Source: Chloropicon primus (lineage: Eukaryota). From it: a stretch of DNA of 64,000 bases. The number at the start of each line of letters is the position of its first letter. Position 1 is the stretch's first letter. Under the pieces are notes generated by a model, which worked only from the letters and a program-made list of their open reading frames with translations, ran no database searches and had not been told where the DNA came from. This document shows, in pieces, positions 53,801 through 63,183 of the stretch. The stretch covers positions 434,001-498,000 of the forward strand of contig CP060764.1 of NCBI GenBank assembly GCA_023205875.1, written 5' to 3'. Made by a program: the position numbers and the translations under genes.

Positions 53801-54619
53801 TCAAAAGAAGAAGTTTCTCAGGCCTCTTAAGCGCATCGCCAGATGGAGGTCTTTTGGCATAAGGGTGACCCTCTTCGCGTGCACTGTGCACAAGTTCGCA
53901 CTCTCAAAGACATCCACGATGTAGGCCTCTGCTGCATGTTGCAGCGCTTCGATGCCGTCTCTGGTCCACCTGTAATTTTCTTTGGCATCCACCAGCTTTT
54001 CCATCACTTTCTGCGCTTTTTTTGCCTTCTCTTGCGTCGATGCAAGTTCCACCCTCAACTCCTCCAGTTGCGCCTTCTTCTCCTTCCTGCCTATCTGAGT
54101 CCTTGGCCTCGTCCTCATCAAAGCTGTTTCCCTTGCCTTGAGCTTTTGCTCCGCCTCTGAAAGCACGTTGCTGCACTGGGCCACGTTCGCGCGGCCCTCC
54201 GCCGTTTCTGGACCCGCGTTGGTATCTTCAATGTCTTCCTCCATCTTACGGGTGAGCTGCCTGACCAACCGTTGGAAGGGAGCCTTCAAGAGGAGCAGGT
54301 CCGTGCTCTTCTGGTAGGTGCGAATCTCCGTGAGAGCCCGTCCGCGGTAACGCCTCCTCTTCTGCTTCTTTCGACCGAAAAGGCTTGAGAGGTTCGGAGC
54401 TCCCCCCTGTTTCTTCCTACCCAGTTGGGGCTTACGGGGCGTCGAAAGCCTCGGTTCCGGCGTCCTCTGCGATGGCCCCGCCTCCCACTCGCTCCCCTTC
54501 GCGCTTTGCGACGCTCTCGCCTCTGACGCGTTTTCCCTCTCCTTCTTCACCCTCATCTTCTCGAACAGTTCGAAGGCCCTGTCCGTGATTTCGCCCCCCT
54601 CGCCGTTCATTGGCGCCAT
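53801..54619 (-). CDS. CENH3: Histone H3 variant, probably centromeric CenH3, with large loop-1 insertion
   Basis: ALTEIRTYQKSTDLL..KAPFQRLVR and ALQHAAEAYIVDVFESANLCTVHAKRVTLMPKDLHLAMRLRG; divergent long tail, F84->W and T107->A equivalents (CenH3-like); Q68 equivalent retained. Confidence 0.75.
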   Translation of the reverse strand: MAPMNGEGGEITDRAFELFEKMRVKKERENASEARASQSAKGSEWEAGPSQRTPEPRLSTPRKPQLGRKKQGGAPNLSSLFGRKKQKRRRYRGRALTEIRTYQKSTDLLLLKAPFQRLVRQLTRKMEEDIEDTNAGPETAEGRANVAQCSNVLSEAEQKLKARETALMRTRPRTQIGRKEKKAQLEELRVELASTQEKAKKAQKVMEKLVDAKENYRWTRDGIEALQHAAEAYIVDVFESANLCTVHAKRVTLMPKDLHLAMRLRGLRNFFF

Positions 54620-55197
54620 GCTGTCCAAACCAAAAGATCAAGGCGTCAAGTATCGACCTCGGCCTCTTCCCGTCGCTCCCGCTGCCAAACGCCCTCGCCT
54701 GAACTCACCTCTGAAGTCGAAGCACAAACCAAAAGAAGAGCCAAACGTTTCAGTCTCTCCAATCCTCACCACGACGCCGTTCGCTTCGAACGAGGAGTCG
54801 AACCGAAGAAAATCGATCCGCCGTTCCTTCCGCAGCCCCCGTCCGGGCCATCCCCTCGGTCCCGCCCCCCGCGACGTCACGCTAACTCACCCGTGTCACT
54901 GGCATCACCCAGGGATGAAACAAGAGCTACGTTTCAGTCTCTCAAATCCTCACCACGAAGCCGTTCTCTTCAAGAGCGAGCTCTTTCGAAAGAAGAAGAG
55001 ACTCATCTTCCGAACCTGCCCTCCCCCACCGCACCACCTCCCTCCCTCCCCCTCAAAACCTCAGCACTCACCTCGTCCTCGTCCCTCTCCTCGATCGCAA
55101 GGGTGACAGCGTAAGCGTTCTCGAGCAGCGCAATTCAAAAATGAAAAACAACGCGTCATGAGTGTACAATAGTGTACACTCATACAACGAGAGGTTA

Positions 55198-55201
<4 letters not shown>

Positions 55202-55250
<49 letters not shown>

Positions 55251-55383
55251 GAAGGTAGGGGACAGAGAAAGAGAGAGACGAGGACGAGGACGAGGACGAG
55301 GTTTAGGAGGTCGTCGCGAGATCAACGTCGAGCGGGAAAGTGGTGGGTTTGGTTTCTTTTTTTTTTTGGAGCCTTCCTTCCTT

Positions 55384-55421
<38 letters not shown>
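55202..55421 (+). repeat. Microsatellite cluster: (AG)n, (GACGAG)n and (TG)n
   Basis: Directly visible at about 55202-55246, 55277-55301 and 55388-55421. Confidence 0.9.
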
Positions 55422-55423
<2 letters not shown>

Positions 55424-55909
55424 AGAGCCAAGGGGCGCGTGTTCTGCGTTTGGAGAGCCAGGCGCGAGGGAGGGAGGGACGTGAGGTGGCGTCCTCGCCT
55501 CGTGTCGAGACCTCCGTCGTGGCTTGCTTCGTGTGGTCATCGCGCCGGCTTGCCCCTCTCGCGGATAGATCTCTGTATCTCTTGGTGATGTGGGAATATC
55601 TTATCTCATCCTCTTGTGCCCGAACCTGAACCCGAAAGAACTCACTCGTTTCTTGCTGCTGGGTTTCTTCTTCGCTTGGCTTGGTTTGCAGGAGATTTGT
55701 GATTGAGGCGAGGAGGGGCAGAGAGCAGCCGAGGAGGCAGTGAAGCGACGGGAGATGGAAAGGGTCCGCTGAAGGCGTCTGTCTTTGGGTGGTGCAGTCT
55801 TAGTTTGTGAGTGAGAAAGGGGTTTGGCTCGGTGTCACCCCCGCGAACGCTTGGGGTTTGGGAGGGGGTTGAGGTAGAGGTCCGGGAGAATCGGAATTGT
55901 GCTTAAGAG

Positions 55910-56371
55910 ATGTCAACGGCCGCGACGCTGCGATTGTTGTCGGACTTGAAGTCCATCAAGCAAGAACCTCCGGAGGGCTGCAGCGCGAGCCCCGTGTCGG
56001 AGGACAACCTCTTTGTCTGGAACGCGACAATTTTCGGGCCGGATGAGACGCCGTGGGAGGGCGGCGTCTTCTCCCTGCGCATCATATTCAGCGATAGCTA
56101 TCCGGAGAAGCCGCCGAGGGTTCGATTCACTTCCGAGGTGTTTCACCCAAACGTGTACGGCGACGGCACGCTTTGCATGGACATCATTCAAGACCAGTGG
56201 TCGCCGTGCCACAACATATGCACAATCCTGACGTCGATCCAGAGCCTGCTTTGCGATCCGAATCCGGCCAGCCCCGCGAACCCGGAGGCCGCGCAGCAGT
56301 ACCAGAACGACAGGCAGAACTACAACAGGAAGGTCAGGCGATGTGCTCAGAGAAGCGTGGAGGGTTTTTAG
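55910..56371 (+). CDS. UBC2: Ubiquitin-conjugating enzyme E2, RAD6/UBC2 type
   Basis: MSTAATLRLLSD, WNATIFGPDETPWEGG, YPEKPPRVRF, FHPNVYGDGTLCMDI (catalytic Cys), SPANPEAA. Confidence 0.92.
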   Translation: MSTAATLRLLSDLKSIKQEPPEGCSASPVSEDNLFVWNATIFGPDETPWEGGVFSLRIIFSDSYPEKPPRVRFTSEVFHPNVYGDGTLCMDIIQDQWSPCHNICTILTSIQSLLCDPNPASPANPEAAQQYQNDRQNYNRKVRRCAQRSVEGF

Positions 56372-56557
56372 AGGGCACCAACACCGACCAGAACTTGCTG
56401 TGTGTATTTAAATTGCAGCGAAAAATATATGATAACAATATTTTTAGGCAGAGGGGTTGTAAGCCTCCTTCCTTCTCGCTTCGTTTCTCTTGCGCGAGGC
56501 CCGTCTGCCCGTCGTCGCCGCGATTCTGCACGCCCCTCTCGGCGGTGTTCCATGGCC

Positions 56558-57125
56558 TCACAGGCTTCCGTAAGCCCCGGATCCTACACGAAGGGCGGAG
56601 AGAGAAAGAAGGGGAGGGGGAGCGCGCTGTCAGTTGTTGTTGCGCGGCGAGAGCGGGCCAGGCCCACCCAAAGGTTTGACTTACCGACACGGCCGCCGTA
56701 CCAGCCCAAGGACTGGATGGGCGTGATGAGGTTCGCGGGGTCAATGGGCGAGTTGATCACGAGTCCCTTCTCCCCCTGAAGGAATCTGGGGAGCAGGCCG
56801 GCTTCGGGACCGCTTCCTGGGGGCAGCGGGGGAGCCGCTTGGGGCGGGGCAGCCTGATCGCCGCCGCGGCCGCCGCCGTCGTCGTCGTCGTCGTCGCGAG
56901 AAGAGCAGAGCGAGGAGGGTCAGTGTGTCAGTCAGTTTCTACCTTCCGGGGGGCGAGGGGAGAGGGGGGGAGGACGTGTCCCACCTGTGGCCCCGGAGGT
57001 CCGGGCGCCTGCATCAAGCTCCTGTGCTCCAAGCCCTGGCTCGAGTGCAGAAGCAGCAAGAGCACAACCACCCAGTGGCCCAAGTACAGCATGGCTCCTC
57101 TGATGGTCTGCGTCAAGTTCCTCAT
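56558..57125 (-). CDS. Small secreted proline-rich protein (about 125 aa); exons 57125-56943, 56853-56685, 56583-56558
   Basis: Signal peptide WVVVLLLLLHSSQG; two GT-AG introns whose phases (0 and 1) join an open frame ending ..GGRVGSGAYGSL*. Confidence 0.6.
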
Positions 57126-57717
57126 CCTTTGCAATCGTCTCAAGCAATCCTGTCCTCCGGTTCAGTCAGCCCGTCGCCTGTTCCTCCTTGGTAATGAGCC
57201 CTGTGCCCTCCATCCCCGTTGCCCTTCTCCTCGTTCAAAGGTTTGTAACGCTCGCTCGTATAGGTACCCAAAGTCTCTCCATCGTCCAGGAAATTTCTCC
57301 CCTTAATTTGAGGTGCAGGGGTCTCACGGACAAGTTCTGAGGGTGGCAGATCGCTGCGCGCGCGAGGCTTGGCTTCGTCGAGGAAGCGGGAACGCTGGAG
57401 GGAGGAGGAAGGGAGGAGAAGTTCGCGGGATGCTAGCATGTCGCACAATCTTTCGTTTGACCCCCTGCTTGCATAGTTTGACGCTTCATTGAGTGAGACC
57501 GAAGGGTCGAAAGTTAGGTGAGTCGGTCGAGGGGAGTGTGGAGAGACTTTTCGCGGGGGTTGGCGCGCGCGAGGGAGCAGGGGGTCTGGCCGGTTGGGCG
57601 CTCGCCTCCGTCGAAGCCTTCGTGCCTCATCCCGCCTCCGTGGAAGAAAGCGGAGGACCAGGGAGACTGAACGAGCTCTTGTGTGCGGAAGGATCCGAGT
57701 GGAAGAAGATTAGGAGG

Positions 57718-58861
57718 ATGGGCAGGGTGCAGACGAGGCCCAGAGGCCTGGCGAGCGTGGGCCTCTTCTTCTGGCTTGTGTTGTGCCTCGTGGCGGGAAG
57801 CTCTGCCAAGTTGGACTTGCACATACCGAGTGTCTTCACCGGAAGTAGCAGCGGGGTTGCGGACAGGGCGAAGAAGGGGGAGAAGAAGAAGGGGCACGGG
57901 ATCTGCCACGACCCGAGCCTGCGCGACTTGCCGCCGATGGTGGGTCTGGTGAGGGACATCAGGAACCGGGACGCGCTGAAGACTCTGAGGGACAAGCACA
58001 AGATCAAGTTTGGGAGTTGTGCGGTGGTCGGGAACGCGGGGACCATGCAAGCGACGGCCTATGGCGCGGTGATTGACAGCCACGACGTGGTGTTCAGGCT
58101 GAACCAAGCGCCGACGAAGGGCTACGAGAGCATCGTGGGGAGCCGAGCCACGTTCAGGCTGATCAACAAGGAGTGGGTCACGGAGTGGGCGAAAGACCAA
58201 AAGTGGTTGCCGAGGGAGGACGGGCTGGTGCTGATCACTCGCGGCGACAACGAGGTCAGGTTGGGAAGGAAGAAGTACACCCACATACTGGGGGTCTCCA
58301 AGGTGAAGAAGGACGTGGAGAAGTGGTCGAGAAAGAGCGGCACGGCGGTCATGCAATTCAACAAGAGTCTTGCCGCGGCGGCTTGGAAAAAAATCTTGGC
58401 CTTCCAAAAGTGCACGGATTCCGACAAGAAATGCGACAGGTGCAAGGCTACGTCAGGAATGCTCGCAATCATGTCCTCGGTCATCCTTTGCGAGAATGTC
58501 ACGGTCTACGGGATGGGAGGCAGCAGATTCGCGGGGGAATACCCGTACCAGTAAGTGAGGGCACGGCGCCCGCAGTGCTGCTGCACCACACACACACACA
58601 CTCTCTCTCTCCAAACCACTCTCCACGTGCTGACCTCTCTCTGTCTCTGCCTTTGCTCCTGCCTGACCCAGTTACTACAAATTCCGGGGCACGGAGCTGA
58701 CGACGGGATACTCTGGTCACCTCTTCGACGTCGAAAAAGCTTTGGTTGCCCAATACGCCAAGAGGGGGTACTTGACCTTGTGCGGTCCCGGGGACGCGAA
58801 GGTCTGCGGCACGCTGTCCGTCGAGGAGAACCCGTGCTGCAACTCCACCGCAGCAAGCTAG
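57718..58861 (+). CDS. GT29 sialyltransferase-like type II membrane glycosyltransferase; exons 57718-58550 and 58672-58861
   Basis: Sialylmotif L CAVVGNAG..IDSHDVVFRLNQAP..VGSRATFR, motif S TSGMLA..LCENVTVYG; splicing restores motif III (YHYY) and VS (HLFDVE). Confidence 0.88.
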
Positions 58862-59012
58862 ATACCTATATCGTCTGTATATTATACAATTACACATATT
58901 CTAGTGAACAAGGGACAGTTGCCTGTCGTTAAATATCAGGTGGCTCGTGCTCCGCAAGCCATTGGCCCCCCCTGCTACCCCGCTGAAAACCGAGCGGCCC
59001 CGTGACGAGAGC

Positions 59013-59663
59013 CTAGCCCAGGTTCTCGAAATCAAGGCAGATCTTCTCAATGGTCTGAATGGCTTTCTTCCTCCTCTCCCTTCCCTCTCCCTGCACGTCG
59101 ACCAGATCGAGCTCCAGCATTTTCTGTGTCAAGAGTTCCTGCAGCCTCAGCCGTTGAGTCGCAGTCGAGCTGCCGTTGCTGAGCGCCGCCTTGGCCTCCA
59201 CCTCGAGAGGTTTGATGGAATCCAAGATCTCATCCAGCTTGCTCTTCGGCCCCCCCTTGGCCTCCCCAGGTGCAGGCTCCGCCTCCGGTGGAGTCCAACT
59301 CGGGTTTCCAACGATGACCAACTTGTTGAACTGCTTCACCCCAAGAAGCACGAGCTGGTCGTCGTCCGCGCGAGGCCTCCCCCGGAAGAACACCTTGAGG
59401 GCCTCCGGAGGAAGCTGCGTCGCATGCTCCACCGCCACCTTCACATCCAATATTGTGCTCCGCTCCGTCGCCTACAAACCATTGGGGTATCGTTTCGTTC
59501 ATCAGCACAACAACGACACGATAACGAGATTGAGAACGAGAACGCACTTGAGTGGTCAGTCCAAAAACGGAGACGGAAGTCGAGGAATCCTTTCTCCGCG
59601 GCCATTCTCATTCCTTACGTCGAAGTCATACTCCTTTCCCTTGTAAGCTATGGTGAGCTTCAT
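59013..59663 (-). CDS. UBL + BAG domain co-chaperone (BAG1-like); exons 59663-59619 and 59471-59013
   Basis: UBL MKLTIAYKGKEYDFD|ATERSTILDVK..LKVFFRGR; BAG ELLTQKMLELDLV..RERRKKAIQTIE; phase-0 intron. Confidence 0.82.
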
Positions 59664-59960
59664 CGTGATCGTGATCGTGGTCGTCCGCCCTGCTCCTGCT
59701 GCTCTGCGCCGTTCTCTGCACTGGAGCGAGGACGAGGACGAGGACGAGGGGAAGGAGGAGAAGGAGAAGGGAAGTGGAGGACGAGGACGAGGGAGGACGG
59801 GAGGGAGGGAGGAACAGACGGAAGTGTTGTGTTCTCTTGTTTCGAAAGAGCCGTCGCTTGAAAGGAACGGCGGTCTGGTGAGGTTTCGAGGAAGCGGAAC
59901 GAGAAGGAGGGGTACGAAGGGAAGGAAGGAGGCTCAGTGACAAAGAGGGGAGGGAAGACG

Positions 59961-60890
59961 ATGGCGGACAAGTACTTCGAGTCGTACGACGATATTAACG
60001 TCCATAGGTTGATGCTCGAGGACAAGCCGAGGACGGAAGCCTACAAGAAAGCCTTTGAGAGCCTGGGGAAGGACCTCAAGGGCAAGGTGGTTCTGGACGT
60101 GGGGGCGGGGACGGGAATACTGTCCCTGTTTGCGGCGAAATGCGGTGCGGCGAGGGTCTACGCGGTGGAGGCGTCGGGCATCGCGGCTCACACCCAGGAA
60201 GTTGTGGCGGAGAACAACCTTCAGGAAGTCGTGCGGGTGCTGCAATGCAAAATAGAAGACGCGGGGGACATCATTAAGGAGAAGGTGGACGTCATCGTGA
60301 GCGAGTGGATGGGTTTTTACCTCTTGCACGAGTCGATGTTGGGATCGGTGCTGACGGCCAGGGACATGTTTCTTAAGCCGGGGGGGCTGATCTTGCCTCG
60401 CACTGCCAAGCTCTACGCGTCGCCCATCAACATGGAGAAGTACTGCAACGACAGGTTCATGTTTTGGACGGACGTCTACGGCTTTTCGATGCAGACTTTC
60501 ATCGCTGCGGAGGCTCAAGCAATGCTCGGGGCGCCGGTCATCGAGAATGTGGAGAGAATGTCGCTGCTGTCCGAGCCCCAACTCGTGAAGGAGATAGACT
60601 GCCAGACTGCAAAGCCGGAGGACCTCAAGGCTTTCTCTCAAGAATTGAAGTTCGTCGCCAGAAAAGAAGGGATCTGCCACGGGTTTTGCTTCTGGTTCGA
60701 TTGTCATTTTGAGAACGGGGTCGTTTTGTCCACCGCGCCAGGCAAGCCACACACCCACTGGAAGCAAGCGACCTTGATGCTGCCCGAGATGCTCCAGTCC
60801 ATCCCAAACGTCGTCAGGCTGGATTGCAAGGTGGGGTTCGTGCAGAGTGAAGCGAACGAGAGGCAGTACCAAATCACGCTCGAGATGTGA
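59961..60890 (+). CDS. Protein arginine N-methyltransferase (type I, PRMT1/6-like)
   Basis: YFESY..H..ML.D..RT.AY, VLDVGAGTGILS, VDVIVSEWMGFYLLHESM, THW loop THWKQ. Confidence 0.93.
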   Translation: MADKYFESYDDINVHRLMLEDKPRTEAYKKAFESLGKDLKGKVVLDVGAGTGILSLFAAKCGAARVYAVEASGIAAHTQEVVAENNLQEVVRVLQCKIEDAGDIIKEKVDVIVSEWMGFYLLHESMLGSVLTARDMFLKPGGLILPRTAKLYASPINMEKYCNDRFMFWTDVYGFSMQTFIAAEAQAMLGAPVIENVERMSLLSEPQLVKEIDCQTAKPEDLKAFSQELKFVARKEGICHGFCFWFDCHFENGVVLSTAPGKPHTHWKQATLMLPEMLQSIPNVVRLDCKVGFVQSEANERQYQITLEM

Positions 60891-60987
60891 ACGCAGGCAG
60901 GCGCGCGCGTCTTTTGATTCGGCGCCGCAGCACTAGCAAAATAAAACAAAGCCCCTTTATTTATTTACACCCACGAAAATCTAGGAA

Positions 60988-61758
60988 TCAGTCAGACTTC
61001 TTGGACGGCGGTGGAGGTTTCCTCCTGTGCACCTCGGTTTGGGCCGAGGTCGTGCTTCCACCCCGGACGGGGTGGCTCTCCCTCTCCTCCATGTACGCCT
61101 GGTGCGGCCGCTGCACCACCCTTTCCTCTTCTTCCTTTTCTCCCTCCTCCCCTGCCATCCAAGTGGACGCCGTGCTCACTATGGTTTGAGTCACCTGCTG
61201 GCCCATCGCGGAAACGGCGTTCCAGACGCTGCCGACGGTATCTGACAGCGACGCAGGCTGGCTCTGAGTCTGCCCCCCCGTTCGAGCTCCCGCGTAACCA
61301 GCTGCGCCTGCGCCGGAGAGCATGCCCGTTATCGGCGAAAAGCACGTAGGCGTCTGCTCTTGCAAGGCCTCGTGGAAGATCTGCTCCTGCATCCTCCGGG
61401 CCATCATCTCATCCGTCCTGATTTGTGTGTCCCGCTCGAGTATCGGGTGCTGGCGGGGAACCTCGAAGGCGGGGCCCCCACCGACGGCAGGCTCAGGCGG
61501 TTCAGAGTCTTTCACCATCTCCAGCATCGCTTCTATGGCCGCCTCCAAGTCCCCCTCCTGAGCCTCCAGAACAATCTCCAGGGTCTTTCGTTTCGATCCC
61601 AAGGGCAAAAGCAGGAGCAAGGGTCAGCACGACCGCGAGAGACGGAACGGATTGGAACGAGCGGCAATCCAAGAGGAAGTCCAAACTGATCACGTGAGAG
61701 GAACCCTCCTTCTTACCTCGTACTCCACGCCAGGGAACATGCTCTCCAGCGTGTCCAT
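60988..61758 (-). CDS. CUE-domain ubiquitin-binding protein; exons 61758-61717 and 61584-60988
   Basis: MDTLESMFPGVEYE|TLEIVLEAQEGDLEAAIEAML (CUE MFP motif), then QIRTDEMMARRMQ. Confidence 0.8.
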
Positions 61759-62544
61759 GGTTGATCAAACGGCAAGCCAGCCACGACCCGGCCCCGCGCT
61801 CTCCCCCCCCTCCCTCGCCCTTCTCTCTGCCACTTTTTCGTGACACCACTAAGCAGCAGTATAATCTCTCCGAGCTCGACCAAGGCGCCAAACGAGCCGA
61901 CCAAGGCGTAAGTGTGGAAAGACCTCGAGACGCACTATCACTCAGATCCCCCCAGGGCCTCGACGACGAACCTCTCCCCCTCTGCTGCCAAGTATTCCCT
62001 CGCCGTTGGCCTCTTCCTCTTCCTCTTCCTCACCAAACCAGGCTTGAGTTGACTTGAATCCGCGTCAAACGTATCAAGCGAGGGCTCTTTCGAAAGATCC
62101 CGAGCCGATCTATCGCTTCACGCCAACCACTTCCTTTCCCCTCCGGCCGCGGCCGCTCCCCCTTCCATCAAAGGTCTCCTCTCCCCCCCTCTCCCTTCGA
62201 GGCCTCCGGGGTTGTCGATTGAGGGAGCGGAGCTGAAAACGTTATGAAAGAGAAAACCTCGGAACGCCGCGGCGAGGGACACTTGAAGGTAAGGTTTGTG
62301 TTGGAGGTGGCGCCCGAGGAGAGCGGTGAGGGAGGGGAGGGGTCGCGTGGCACACGCATCGCGTCTCGGTCTTTCCAAAGACCCCTCCCTCGACAAGAAT
62401 GGCGGAGTATGAGGCCTGACTCGTTGTCGTTTTGTCGTTTTGTCGTTTGTCGTTTTCTTTGGGGCATGATGTCACGTACAGGAGCACGAGGCAAGAGGTC
62501 CGCGCGTTCGGAGGGAAGAGGGCTGCTGACTGCTGCGAGTGACG

Positions 62545-63183
62545 ATGTCGCAGCCTGGTGCGAGTCCAGGGACTCGCTTTAACTTGAAGAACATTCTGGG
62601 GAGCAAGCCTCCGACCATGAACACGGGGAGGCAGGTCCCGAACAGCGCGGGGGGGAGGGAGAAGTGCTGCCTGTGCTTCGACCTCCGAGTGGGGGTCATC
62701 ACGATTGCGGGGATCTACACCACCCTGTACCTGATAAACGTCGCGAACATGGTGACGAACTCTCTGGGCTGGCAGATGAGGTCCAAGGGCTGGCAGGGCT
62801 TCGACATCTTCTGCGTCGTGGTCGGGCTTCCCCTCTGCGCGGTGGGGCTCTACGGCGCCATCAAGAAGAGGCCCAGGTTCGTGTACGCGTACTTCCTCTT
62901 CAACGTTGTGTACTCCATCATGGCTTTCTTGGCCTCGATCGCGCTCTTGGTCCAGATCGGCCGAGGCGGGGTGAACGAAGACTTCATGAACAAGTGCATG
63001 AACGACCCCGGCCTTGATTACGAAAAGTGCAAGGAGGCCTCGAAGGTCACGCTAGGGGTCACAGGGGCCTTCAACTTCCTCTTCGCCTTTGTCCAGATTT
63101 ACTGGACTTACGTCATCCGAAGGTTCTACATGCAGATCTTGATCCAGAACGCCGGCAACTTTTCCAGCTACATGCAGGTCTAA
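62545..63183 (+). CDS. Four-TM membrane protein (LAPTM/tetraspanin-like topology)
   Basis: CCLCFDLRVG N-terminal motif, four hydrophobic segments, Cys pair in the loop before TM4. Confidence 0.7.
   Translation: MSQPGASPGTRFNLKNILGSKPPTMNTGRQVPNSAGGREKCCLCFDLRVGVITIAGIYTTLYLINVANMVTNSLGWQMRSKGWQGFDIFCVVVGLPLCAVGLYGAIKKRPRFVYAYFLFNVVYSIMAFLASIALLVQIGRGGVNEDFMNKCMNDPGLDYEKCKEASKVTLGVTGAFNFLFAFVQIYWTYVIRRFYMQILIQNAGNFSSYMQV

Noticed and set aside
53972..54249. H3 loop-1 insert interpreted as an intron or intein
   Set aside because: The GTAAG donor (phase 1) and the best acceptor TACAG (phase 2) are out of phase. In-phase AGs lack the pyrimidine tract seen in other introns here. The insert is stop-free and coding-like, and it has no intein C/S..HN termini. 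RNA data are still needed for certainty.
55910..61758. Apparent ubiquitin/proteostasis cluster (UBC2, UBL-BAG, CUE)
   Set aside because: These are large, common functional classes interspersed with unrelated genes; no evidence of a real cluster
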